Below the pieces are notes generated by a model. The model ran no database searches and was not told the DNA's origin. It worked only from the letters and a program-made list of their open reading frames with translations. Below are positions 31,374-43,498 of a DNA stretch of 64,000 nt, in pieces (within the stretch, counting starts at the first letter, position 1; every line of letters starts with the position of its first letter). The position numbers were made by a program, and so were the translations under genes. Source of the stretch: Cyanophora paradoxa CCMP329 (taxonomy: Eukaryota; Plantae; Glaucophyta); NCBI GenBank assembly GCA_004431415.1, contig QPMI01000044.1, positions 248,001 through 312,000 of the forward strand, given 5' to 3'.

Positions 31374-34009
31374 ATAAGATGCGGCGGTCTAAGGAAGGAG
31401 GCGGGGCCGGGCGGGCGGGGCGATCTCGATGCGGAACTTTGTTTAGATCTAGAAGAAGGGGGCCGGGCGGGTCTAGATCTTAAGGAAGGGGGCGGGGCGG
31501 GGCGGGGCGGGGCGGGGCGGGGCGCGCCGAGGACGGGGAAGGCGTGGTCCACGATCGCGTCAATCAGTGCGCTGCCGGCGGGCGGCTCAGGTGAGCTCAG
31601 CAGCTTAAGAGTTAGGATCCAGAAGCTTAAGAGCTAGGATAAGAGCTTAAGAGCGGGCGGGAGCGTCAGCGAAGGCGAGCTTCAGAAGCTCAGAAGGGGC
31701 TCAGAAGCTCAGACTCAGAAGGGGGCGGTCGGGCGGGCGGGCTCAGAAGCTCAGAGCGAAAGGAAGGGCGAGCTATCTATCTACCGGTAACCGAAGAAGA
31801 AAGAAACCAGACTAGAAGCTGGGGGCCGGGCCAGGCCAGGCCGCGGCTAGACGGCTAGACGCTAGAGAGCTAGCTAGCAAGGAGGCCTCTGAAGCCCAAA
31901 GGAGGGGGGGGGGGGGGGAAGCCTCAAGGAACGCGCTAGGTGGGGAAGGAGGCCTCGTTGAGCGAGGCAAAGGAGCTAGAAGGAAGTTAGAAACCAGAGA
32001 AGCTGAAAGAAACTAGGATCCGGAAGCTTAAGAGCGAGGATCCAGAGGCTAAGAGCCAGAACCCCCTTTCACAGAGGAGCTTCCATAGAGGCGCGCACTA
32101 GGCGAGAAACGAAGCATCGTTGAGGCGGAGAGAGCTAGAAGCTAGAAACCAGAGGATCTAAACGAAGCTAGAAGCTTGAGAGCTAGCTAGGATCCAGAAG
32201 CTAAAAAGAAGCCAGTGCGCACTAGGCGAGGAAGGAGGCGTCGTTGAGGCGGAGGGAGGAGGTCGGGTCGAAGATGCGCTCCCGGATCAGCCGCCACACG
32301 TCCGCGTCCACACGGGCCTGAGAAGGCGCTTAGAGGGGGAGAGAGAGAGAGAGTCTTCTTAGGGGGGGGCGCGCCCTGCGGGAGGAGGAGGGGGGGACCG
32401 GGCCGGCGCCCTCGCCGGAGGGAGGGGGCATGTGCTCCCGCACGGTGATCACAGCGTCGTTCACGAGGAAGAGCGAGACCTGAGGGGGGAGGGGAGTTGA
32501 GGAGAGGAGGGCAGAGCGGGGTGGGCTGGGCTGGGGCGGGGCGGGGTGGGGTGGGTGGGGGTAGGTAGGCGCTGAGCCGAGCTGTTCGAGGGGTATCAGG
32601 AGCCCCGCACTCGCCTGCTCGATCCGGAGACTGTTCGTGCCGACGGTGTCTCCTGCAGAGGGGGGTAAGGGCAACGGCGAGGTTTAAATCGGAAGGGGGG
32701 GAGGAGCCGGGGGAGGGTACCGGGTTTCAGCAAGTTGGCCACGACGAAGACGTTATTGCCGTACAGGTCGACCTTCGGCCGCTGGGGCACCTGGAGGGGG
32801 GTACGTGTGAAGAGGGCGAGGAGGGGGGGGGGCGGGAACTCCGGGGGGGTACCCCACCTGGAACACGTCCTCCGTCTGCAGGTCGTTGAAGCCGAACCTG
32901 AGGGGTACGGCGCCGTGAGGGGAGGGGCTGGATACGCGGGTAGGGGGTACGCGAACCGCTGCGAGAGGATCTGCATCGTGTACTTGTCGAGACCGTCGAC
33001 CTGTGGGCGGGCGCGGCGCTCGGAACGGCGGCCGGGGGGTATCCGGCGCTCGGGAGGGGTACCCGGATCCAGCGGACAACGGTACCCTCGGACTTCTCCC
33101 TCGAGAGGTACTTCGCGAGCAGACCGGGGGCTACAGTCTCCTCCTTGGCCTGAAGGCCGAGCGTCAGAGGGGGTAGAGCGTCCCGGCAACGGAGGGGGGT
33201 ACGCACGCCGTCGGGTCCGTACTCGAAGACGGTGATCGCGCAGTTCGCCTCCGCCCCGGCGCTCCGATCCAGCTCCTCCTGGGGGCCGGCGTCGGACGGG
33301 GGGTACGCACGACCGGCCTATCCAAAGGGGGTACGGACCAGATCGTCGATGCCGGGCTCGCGACCCGGCTCGTCCCAGCTCGGCAGGCCTGGCACGGGGC
33401 GGGGCGGGGCGGGTGAGCGCGGGGCGGTTGAAGCGGCAAGGGCGGGAGCGACGAGGGCGGCTCACCCATGAAGGACTTCTCGGTGAACGACCCGTGGTGC
33501 GCGTGCCCATGATGATTGAAGTCGCGTCGGCCCCAGGGCGTCGTGTGCGTGCGCCCCGGCGAGTGCCCGCTGCCGCCGCCCTCGGGCGTCGAGCGGGAGA
33601 AGAAGCCCCAGCGCGAGTACGAGGCCGGCGGCATCGCCGCGTGGTGCTCGGCCTCCTCCGCCGCGCTCGAGGCGACGCTGTGGCGGCGGCCGTGCGCGTG
33701 ATCGTCGTGGAATATGCTCGCGTCGTCCGAGGCGATGGTCACCCGCCTGTTGAGGCGCCGCGACCCCCGGGGCGCCGCGGTGACCGCCTCCGCGGCCCCG
33801 CAGGTACATTCCACGCACTTCGCGCCCTCCCCGTCCGCCGCGGGCGCCGCGCTGGTCGGGGAGAGCGCAATGCTTAGCTGCGAGCGCCCGCCGCCCAGGC
33901 TGCCTCCGGCATGGGCCGACACCGCCGCCGGCGACGAGAGCGCATGGAGCAGCGGCGTCTTCTCGGAAGCCAGTGCAGGCGAGCTGCGTTCTTGCGATGA
34001 CCGCGGCAT
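28908..34009 (-). CDS. corA: CorA/Mrs2-family Mg2+ transporter (multi-exon)
   Basis: Spliced peptides [71 protein letters not shown] (GMN motif), then a second TM helix and stop at 28908. Confidence 0.9.
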
Positions 34010-34311
34010 CGCGTGAAGGGCAGCGTCCCCGGACTTCGCCGGATCCTCAGAGCGCCGAACGACCGTTGATTCCTGGAGCCACGTACTAGCGGATCAGCGA
34101 TCGGGCTCGGAACGAGCGCGCGCCGCCCTCGCCAGGAGGCGCGCAGCCCTGGGCTCAAGAGGCGCCCGGCTCGAACGGCTCACCTCCAAGGCGGGCGAGG
34201 CCTATCGATCTTCTTCTTCCAGCAAGGTGACGCGACCGGCGAGCTGCGGCGGACAGGCCAGCCAGACTCCCTTGTACCCCCGGGAAGTTGTCTGAAGACA
34301 CACTCCCCGCC

Positions 34312-37300
34312 ATGCACCGCCAGCGGCCGTATACGTACGGTGGCGATTGGCGTGCGGCGTTTTCAGCAGCAATGGTGCCTTTACCGGCAGCAGCGGCCTC
34401 GCGGCTCGCCCTCGAATCTTCGCGTCGACTGCTGGCGTCCAGCGTCTCGGCCGCGGGGCCCCGAGCTGTGCTCGGAACGGCCCTGCTTGGGCGCTCGCAG
34501 CGGTTGGGGGCGCCAGGGGTGCGCGGCTGCGCGACGCTTCCCCTTCTCCCGCACGCGCGTGCCACGTTGTCCCAAGGCACCCCGCTCACGTACGTGTGCT
34601 CCGCGCGCAGGAAAGGCGCTGTATCGCACACTGGACAAGCCACGGAGCCGATCGGCGCCGCCTGCTGTGGATTCGCGAGCGCCGCGCGAACCTTCTGCTC
34701 GGCCCGCGGCTGGCGAGGGCGATGCACGCGCCCGGGGGGCCGGGAGGGATCAGAGATGGCGAGCGTGCATCCTGGCGCATTCGAGCGCTCTTTGGTCGTC
34801 CCAAAAAGGAAGAGAAGAAGGAGGAGGCGATGCCGCCGCCTGCGGCGACGCCACCGCCGGCCTCCCCCGCAGCCCCGCAGAGCCCGATCCAAGTCTTCTT
34901 CGACGGGTTTTCGAAGAAGAAGGACAAGGGATCGGCGGCGCCCCCTCAGCCGCTCCCTCAGTCGCCTCCCGGCGCGGCCGCGGCCGCTTCCACAGCCGAC
35001 GCCGCAGCCCCCGCCGCGGCGCCGTCGGCCGAGCGGCGCCTGCTGGAAGAGTTCAAGGACGCGGTTCGCGCGGCGCTCACGGGCGGCGGCGGAGGCGGCG
35101 GAGGCGGAGGGGCGCTCCACGACGCCGTCCGATCCCTCCTCGCGGCCGGGCCCGAGCCGCAGCAGCCCGAGCCGCAGCATCAGCCCTCGAAGCCGTCCGG
35201 GCAGCCGTCCGCCCTGGAGTCAGCCATGGGCCTTCTGGCGAGGCTCTCGCAGCAGCCTTCTCCGACGGTCCGGCCGCACAGCCTCCTCCAGCGGCCCGCC
35301 CGCCCGCCAGCTCTGACCGAACGCGCAGCAGGCGCCGGCGCCCGCGGCTGCGGAGAAGGCGGCGGCGGAGGCGGCGGTGGCGGCGGAGGCGGCAGCAGCA
35401 GCGGCGGCGAAGGAGAAAGAGGCGCAGCAACGCGCGGCGGACGCCGCGAGGGACCGGCAGCTGGCCGAGGTGCGTTCGGGTTGTTCGGAGGCTTCGGGGC
35501 GCGGCGCCTGCGCCGACGCTCCGTCGCTTGCGCGCACGCACGCGCAGGAACGGGCGGCGGCGTGGTCGGCACTGCAGCGCGCCGCGGCGGAGTGGCTCGG
35601 CCAGCTCGGGCAGCAGAAGGAGAAGAAGAAGGGCGGGGCGGAGACGAACGCGGAGGGACAGGAGAAGCCCGGGCCCGGGCCGGGCTTTGGAGCGGAGGCG
35701 GCGGGGGCGGAGCTCTCGCGGCTGCTGGCGCAGGCCGCCCGCGAGGTCCTCCAGGAGGCGAGCGTACCCCCCCCCCGCCCCGTCCCCCAGAGATCTAGAG
35801 AGCTGCATAGTGGGAGAGGGGGGTAGAAGCGGCAGAGATAGAAGGAGGCGAGCGAGCGCCCCGCCCCGCCCCGCCCTACAGATATCTAGAGACGCCCCGC
35901 CAAACAACCTGCTCGCCCGCTAGCTGCAGCTGCTAGCTGCCGCTGACGCGTCAACCGCCCGCCTGCTCCGCACATCCGCCAGCCCCTCCCTCCCCCGCGC
36001 CCGCCCGCTGCTCGACTGCTGACGCCTTCTTTGCCTCGCAGGTGGGCGGGGCGGTGCGGCGCGCCTCGGCCTCTGACTGGCTCCGCCGCCGCGACGTGCG
36101 CCGCCCCGCCTCGCCTCCGCCCCCCTAACCTTTGCCGCCTCCTGACCCCTCCGCTCGCCCGCCCGGCAGATCGCGCTGCTGACGGAGGCGCTCCTGCCGC
36201 GGGACGAGCAGCGCCGCTTCTTCCGCAAGGCGCGCCCCCCGTCCCCGGCCCCGGCGCTGGCCCCGGCCCCGGCCCCGCTCCATTCTAATCGAACCTGGCG
36301 GCTCTACTAGTACTCTAGCTCTCTAGCGAGATCTCATCGAGCTTGGCATCTCTCTGTCTATCTACCGATAGCAATTCGAAAGAGCTGCTAGAACCGCTAG
36401 AGCTCCCGCTCCAATCTTTCATCCCGCGGCTCCTGCCCCCCGCCATCTGCCCGCTGCCCACCTCTAATCTACCAATCTGCTCCCCGCCGGCGCCTCCCCG
36501 TCGCTGCCTGCCCGCCGGTCCTGCACCCGCCCTTATCTATCCGCCCGTTTCTCACCTCTAGTCTTAGTATCTGCTCTATCTAATCTATCCTCCACCTTTG
36601 CCTTATATATCATATTCGCCTTTGCCTGCGCAGGTCCAGGCCGCCCTCTCCGACTCCGTCTCGGCGGCGGCCGCGGCCGCCGCCCTGCCCCTACCCTCCC
36701 CGCCCCCCGCACCGCCCCGGGTTCGTTCCTTCGCTCCTTCTCTCCTCCTCTTCTCTTCTCGCCTCAGCGGCTGAGCGGCTCGGGCCGGCCCCGCCCGCAG
36801 TTGACCCCGTCCCGTCCCCGTCCCCATCCCCCTCCACCGAACCCGAGGTCCCCCCCCCCCCCCCCCCCTCTCCCTACCCGTACCCTTCCTCAGGGGTACT
36901 GCAGAGCGAGGAGGAGCGGCTCCGCCTCGCCCTCCGCGAGGCCGTCGAGGAGGTGGCCGTACCCCCCGGCTTCTATTTTTAGACCCCGGGCTCTATTCTA
37001 TTCTAAGCCTTGCTGGAACGCAGGAGCAAGAGGAGATCCTGAATCTGGTCACGCGAACGGTCGCGCGGATCTTCTCCGAGGAGCGTGTGCGTACCCCCCT
37101 CGCTTCCTTGCTGAAGGCCGTACCCCCCTCCCCCGCCCACGTCCAACGACAGGCGCGGTCGGCGACGGGAACCCCCCCGCCGCTGATCCTCCCCTCGGAT
37201 CTGGAGCCCCCTACCCCGCCCCCGGCCGCCCCCTCTCGGCCCTCCGGGGGCCCGCCAGACCCCCGCGCCCTCCTCGCGCGCGTGACCGGAATGCCCCTAC

Positions 37301-40300
37301 CCCCCGCGCCCCCGAGCTCCGCCCCTCCCCCCGCCCCTTCCCCGCCGCCCCCGCCCGCCTCCCTCGCCCCGGACCCGCGTACCCTCCTCGACCGCGTTGC
37401 CGGCTTCGGGGTCGCTCCCGCCGCTCCTCCCCCCTCCGAGCTCTCGGTACCCCCCCGGGAGCCCGCCCCGGGCGCCGAACCGGGGGGCTGGTTCAACGAG
37501 ATTTTCGGCGGAGTCCTTTCGTTCCTGTGGCCCCCGGATGCCAGCCCAGCAGCCGGGCCCTCCCAGGCCCGCCTTCCCCCCCCCCCCCCCCCCCCCCCCG
37601 TCTATCTTTCTCCTTACCCCCCCGCTCAGGCCGCACCCCACGGGCACGACATGTCCGCCGAGCCTCTGACGCAGGTGCCCCCGTACCCCCATTCCGTGTT
37701 CGCATGTACCCCTAAAAATGACGCGCGTACCCCCTCCAGATCGAGGGAGACCGCCGCGAGCTGAGCACGTACGCCCTCATCGCCGACATTCTCCGGGTAC
37801 AATCCTCTCGCTTCTCCCCCCCTCTCGCCCCTTACTCCCCCCCCCCTCCTCGGCAGAAATCTGTACACGGGCTCGGCCCGTGGTCCCTGGTTGACGTCAC
37901 GCTGGGGCTCTTCATCCTCGCGCGGCAGGTACCCCCCTTCCTGCATACTATGTTGCCCCCCCCCCCCCCCTCCCCCGTCTTAAGGGCTGGGGGTAGGGGA
38001 AAACGCTCCCCGACCGCCTGGAGGGGGCCCCCCTCGTCACGGACAAGCAGTTCATCGCGAGGCGAGCCGTACCTTCCACACGAATTCCGTACCCCCAACT
38101 TACCAATCGGGGGGGGGGGTGTAACAGCGTGCGGGAGTACCTGCTGCTGGTCGCCGGGACCTACTCCGACTTCCGCTGGCACATTGAGGTACCCCCCTGA
38201 AATCCCCCCCCCCTTCCAAACCTTGAGCGCCCTTCGCTCGCAGGCGTCGCACGCAAAGTTCGTCCGCTCTCAGTGGGAGTCTGTGCGCCCGCGCCCACTC
38301 CCTCGCCCCCCCCCCCCTCCTTCCGGAATGTAACCGTGTACCCCACCAGGAGCCCCGCCGTCCGGCGTACTTTCTCGCCGTCAACGAGGCCTCTCGCCAG
38401 GTGCGCCCTCTACCCCCCGCCAACCTTCCCCCCCCCTTTTTTGATTCCTCAGGCCCTTTCCTTTCGCAGGTCATCCTCGCGATCCGGTACCGTACCCCGC
38501 CGCCCCTCGGCCCTCTCGAACGTCTCGCGCGTACCCCTCTCTCAAACCCTTCCTCCCCCACCCAGGGGTACCGAATCGATCTACGACGTGCTGACGGACC
38601 TCGACATCGAGCCCGTACCCTTCCGCGTGCGCCCCCACGTGTAACCCCCTCCCACGAAGCTTCAGGATCTCAGGCTTGTGCTCGTCCTCATCCCTATGTC
38701 AGGACGGGCTGGCTCACGGGGGCATGCTGGAGTCGGCGCGGTACCTGCGGCGCACCCTCGGACCCGAGCTCAGGCGCCTCCTCCAGGCACGTGGATCCAC
38801 CCATTCATCCAATGATACCCATCTATCATTTCTATCTATCTATCTGTTTTATCTTTCTGTCTTTCTATCTATCTGTCTACCTATCTACCTACCTACCTAT
38901 CTATCTATCTGATTCTGGAGGCTCCGGCGCCTCTATCTATCATCTATCCCTCGGCCCGAGCTCAGGCGCCTACTCCAGGCACGCCCGCCCCGCCTAGATC
39001 TATCTTTCTACCTATTTATCTATATATGTCTCTCTATCTTTCATATCTTCTTACCTTTGTATGCATCCTTTGTCGAGCCCGGCCATCGTTAACCCGGGCC
39101 CCACCCCGGGTGCCGGGCCCGGCTGACTCGGCGGCCGCGTGCGCCGGCGCGCGGCCACCGGGCCCGGCGCGATGGCGGGTGGACCCAGACCGCCCCCCTC
39201 CCCCCCCCCCCCCCCCCCCCCGCCCCGCCCCGAGCCCTCCGCCCTCCCGCTCCGCCGGGACTCGACTCCGTGGCTGACGCGGCGGCCGCAGGAGCACGAG
39301 GGCTTCGGCCTCGCCATCGTCGGCCACTCCGTGCGCCCTTCCCTCCCCCCCCCCTCCTCCCCCCCTTCCCTCCCCTCCTCCCCTTCCCTCCCCTCCCCCC
39401 CCGCTCCTCCCCGGCTCTCTCCGCCCCGCCCCGCCCACGAGGCCCCGAGGCCCTGTCTTCTTCCTCCTCCCTCCCCCCGCCCCGCCCTGGCGGAAGAGAC
39501 GACGCGCTCGGATCGGACCCTCCTCACCTCTCCCTCAGCTGGGCGCCGGCGTGGCGGCGCTGCTGGCGCTGCTCCTGCGGGAGGAGGACGGCCTCCCCGC
39601 CCTCTGCTACGCCTTCGCCCCGCCCGCCTGCGTCTCCCGGAGCATCGTGCGCGATCCTAAGACCCTAAGACCCTAAGATCCTAAGATCCTACAAGAAGTC
39701 CTAATACAAGATCCTAAGATCCATATAAGAAGATCCTAAGCGCCGCCGGCCTAGAAGGCGCCTGAAGGCCCGCCCCGGCCCGGTCCTGCCCGGCCCCGCC
39801 AGTTAGAAGAACCAGAGAAGCAAGCAGGAGGGCGAGAGATCCGAACCCGTCCGCGCATTCGAATTCCAGGCTTTTGAGCCGGTCCACGCACGCGCCCCAC
39901 CAGCCCGGCCTCGGCCTAGACGGGGCGGTGCTCTCGCCATCCTGCTAGACCCAGCCCCGCCAGCCTGGCCCAGCCAGAGAGATCCGAGCCCGCCCCTTTA
40001 GAGCCGGCCTGCCTGGCCTTCCAGGGCCGGAGGGCGGGCGGGCGGGCGGGCGGACGATAGGAGGCCCCCCCTTCCTCCTCGATCGGGTACTAGTCTCACC
40101 CCCCCGCGCCCCGCTCAGGCGGAGGCGTGCGCGCCCTGAGATCCTGAGATCCTAAGATCCCATAAGAAGTCCCAATACAATATAGGAACATCCATATAAG
40201 AAGTCCATCCCATAAGAAGTCCCAATACAAGATGCTAGCATCCATATAAGAAGTCCTAATACTAAGATCCGTATCCTGCGTCTCCAGGAGCATCGTGCGG

Positions 40301-43300
40301 CGCCGGCTCCCCCTCCAGCTAGCCCCCCCCCCCCCCCCCTCCGGCCATATAAGAAGTCCATCCCATAAGAGGTCCCAATACAATACAATATAGGAACATA
40401 GTTCCCAGAAGAATCAGAGGGCCCCTCCTGGAAACTCCTGAAACCTGTATCTGGAATCAGAGGCCTAGGGCCCCTCCTGGAACCTGAATCTCACCCCCCC
40501 ACCCCCCCGCCCAGGCGGAGGCCTGCGCGCCCTACACGGCCTAAGATCCTTAGATCCTAAGGACTTCTTATGTGGATCTTAGGATCCTGTATTAGGACCT
40601 CTTATGTGGGAGGTGCCCCTCCTGGAACCTGTCTGTCTGTCGCTCACCTTGCGTACCCCCCGCGCCCGGCCCAGGCGGAGGCCTGCGCGCCCTACACCGC
40701 CTCCTTCGTCCTTGCCGACGACGCGGTTCGCTCTGTTACGTTTCGTTTCGGCCCCCGCCCTTGCGCCCCCGCCCGCCCGCCTGTCGAAAGCCTAAGATCC
40801 ACATATGATAAGTCCTAAGATCGGCCCCCGCCCTTGCGCCCCCGCCCGCTCCGCCCGCCCGCCTGTACGAAGCCTAAGATCCTAAGATCCATATTAGAAA
40901 TCTACAGTTTTATACATCCTCGATTCTTGTACAGTTTTATATGGAAGGCCCGCGCCCGCCCGCCCGCCCGCCCGCCCGCCTGCCCGCCGCGAGCCGCCGC
41001 CCGACTGCCCCTAACCCGCCCCCCTTCTGCCTCTACCATCTCTACCTCTAAGCACGCCCCCGGCAGGTGCCGCGCTTCTCGGCGGCGCATCTGGAGGACC
41101 TGCGGCGCGACATCGTCCGCTACCCCTGGCAGACCCTCCTCCAGGACAACGTCCGTACCCCCCCCCCCCTTTCCCGTCTCCCCTTTCTGCCCCATCTTCT
41201 TTCCCGCCCGTCCGCCAACGTATGCTCGCCGCCCTCGCCCTCGCTTGCTCGCCCTCGCGCAGGAGGCGAAGGCGCTGCAGGCGGTCGCCCGCGCCGTCGA
41301 CCTCGCCGGCCAGGCCCGCCCCCGCCCCCGCCTCCTCTCCCGCCCTCGCCCCCGGCCCCGGCCCCGGCTAGAGTGAGGCGCCAGAAGCCCCTAGCGGCCT
41401 CTAGCCGGACAGGCCCGCCCCCCCGCCCCCGGCCCTGGCTAGAGGCCGCTAGGGGCTTCTTATTATCCGATCACGCCCCTCTCCCCGTCTTCCCACCCCG
41501 CGCCCGCGGCCCTGGCTAGAGGGGGCGCTAGAGGGGCTGGGGTCAGAATAAGGCGTTCTTGGAGGCCTGCCCCCGGCCCCGGCCCCGGCCCCGCCCCCGG
41601 CCCCGCTCCCGCTCCCGCTCCCGCCCAATTCACTAGAGAGAGTCTGCCCGATGATCCCCTGCCCGCTTCTCTCTCTCTCCCTCTTGCCAACCCGCGCCCG
41701 CGCCCGCGCTCACGCCGGCCCCGCCGCGCCCTCAGCTGCGGGAGCGGGCGCGGGAGGCGGCCGCCCCCCTCCAGCAGACCGTCGAGGGCCTCGCCGTCGA
41801 GACCGTCCGCTCCGCCCCGCGCCTAATAGAAAGCCTACTAGAAATCCTAATTCCTAGCTTTCCCCTAATATCCTAGAGTGATATACTAATAGAAAGCCTG
41901 CTAGAAACCTTCAGCTTTCCCCTGGAAAGGGATTCCTTGAGAGATCCTAGGCGACCTAGGCCGTCGAGACCGTGCGCCCTCTTTCAAGCTGAGAAGAATA
42001 TAAGAACAGGAACCCCACTAGAAAACCTCAAGCCTCCTCCTAGAAATTGGAAAGAGATTCCTAAAGAGACTCTAGGGCCTCGCCGTGGAGACCGTGCGCT
42101 CCGCCCCGCCCCGCCCTCCGCCTTGCTGAGAAGAGTATATATATCCTAATAGAAAGCCTACCAGAAACCTTCCTCCTAGAAAGAGATTCCCAGGAATCTC
42201 TCTCTAGAAAGCCTCCTAGAAACTAGAAGAAAGCCTACTAGAAACTAGAAAAAATAATCTCCCAGGAGATTGTTGTAGGGGGTCCGGTCCCCTCCGAGGG
42301 CCCTTCGTAGAGGCTATGCGCGGCTCCCCCCCCCCCCCCCCCCCCCCCAACCGACCTCGGGCCCAACTAGAAACCTTCACTTCCTGTCCATCCTTCCCGG
42401 CTCCGGGGGAGCCCTCCCGACCCCTGCCCCCGACCGCCCCCGACCCCGCCCCCGGCCCCGCCCCCGCCCCGCGCAGGAGCGGACGGCGCGGGCGTACCTG
42501 GACGCGCGGGTCGTCCCCGCCTGGGCCGCCGTCGCCGCCCGCGTCTCCCAGGTACGCTCGCCCGCCCCCCCCCCCGCCCGAGCTTCCGACAAAATTCTAA
42601 TTATAAGATTCATGAAGCACGAGTTCGGCCTCTTGAGCTTTTTAGACTCTGCACTCTGCAGGCGCTGTAGATCTAGAATTCCCCCCCCCCACCCCGCCCC
42701 CGCTCACCGCGCCGCGCTCGCGATCGCGACGCGCAGGCGACAGCGGTCTTCCCGTACCCCTCCTTCGAGTTCTCCGCCCCCGCCCACGCCGCCGCGCTGG
42801 GCCCCTCCGGCTCCGCCCCCCCGCCCGCCGCCTCTACCCCCGCTCTCCAGGAGGTCCTCCTCGGCCAGAAGCTGTACCCCCCCGGCTCCCTTCATCATAT
42901 CGTTCTGGAGAACGTGGAGGTGTTTTCCGTTCCCCTCCCTGGTGTAAAGTCGGATGCATATTTCATCGCTGACCCCGCCTCAGGAGGAGCCCCTTTCGAC
43001 TGCGGAGGATGCCCCGGCCCAGGCGGCCGGCTCCGGCATGCTACCCCTGGGGATCGCCCTACCCCTCCCAACCTCGCCCCCTCCTCCCCCACGCCGCATC
43101 GTCCGCGCCCGCGCGACGGCCATCCAACGCGTACCCCCCGAATTCTTCGACCAGGCGCGTGGCGTCACGTCCAAGGATCGAAACCTGTACCCCTGCCGAC
43201 GCCCTTCTCAATTCACGTACCCCAGATGCCGCTCTCGCGGACGATGATCGACAACCACTTTGTGGAGCGGTACGCCCTGGCTTTTGGGGAGATCCTGGAG

Positions 43301-43498
43301 GGGGGTACCGGCACCGGCCCCGTCGCGGTTGGGGAGGTGCGCGCCACGGCCCACGGGGCCTGCCGCCGGCCCAAGCCACAATCGCGAAGAACTCACCGGC
43401 CGCTGTCGACGTCGCGTCGGCCGCGGGCAGGCCTAGGGCGGACCGGAGGCATTCGTCGCAATCGCCCGAAGGCGTCCTCCGCTCGAGCTCCGCTCTAA
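34312..43498 (+). CDS. Class 3 lipase (DAG-lipase-like), multi-exon, long low-complexity N-terminus (start uncertain)
   Basis: Spliced VILAIRGTESIYDVLTD, HGGMLESA, IVGHSLGAGVAALL (GxSxG), CYAFAPPAC, DDAVPRFS, LYPPG, MIDNHF. Confidence 0.85.

Noticed and set aside
34155-35923. Long overlapping Arg/Pro/Gly/Ala-rich ORFs (also 48212-50001, 53023-55099, and antisense to the LINE)
   Set aside because: Shadow ORFs from very high GC content, overlapping better-supported spliced genes.
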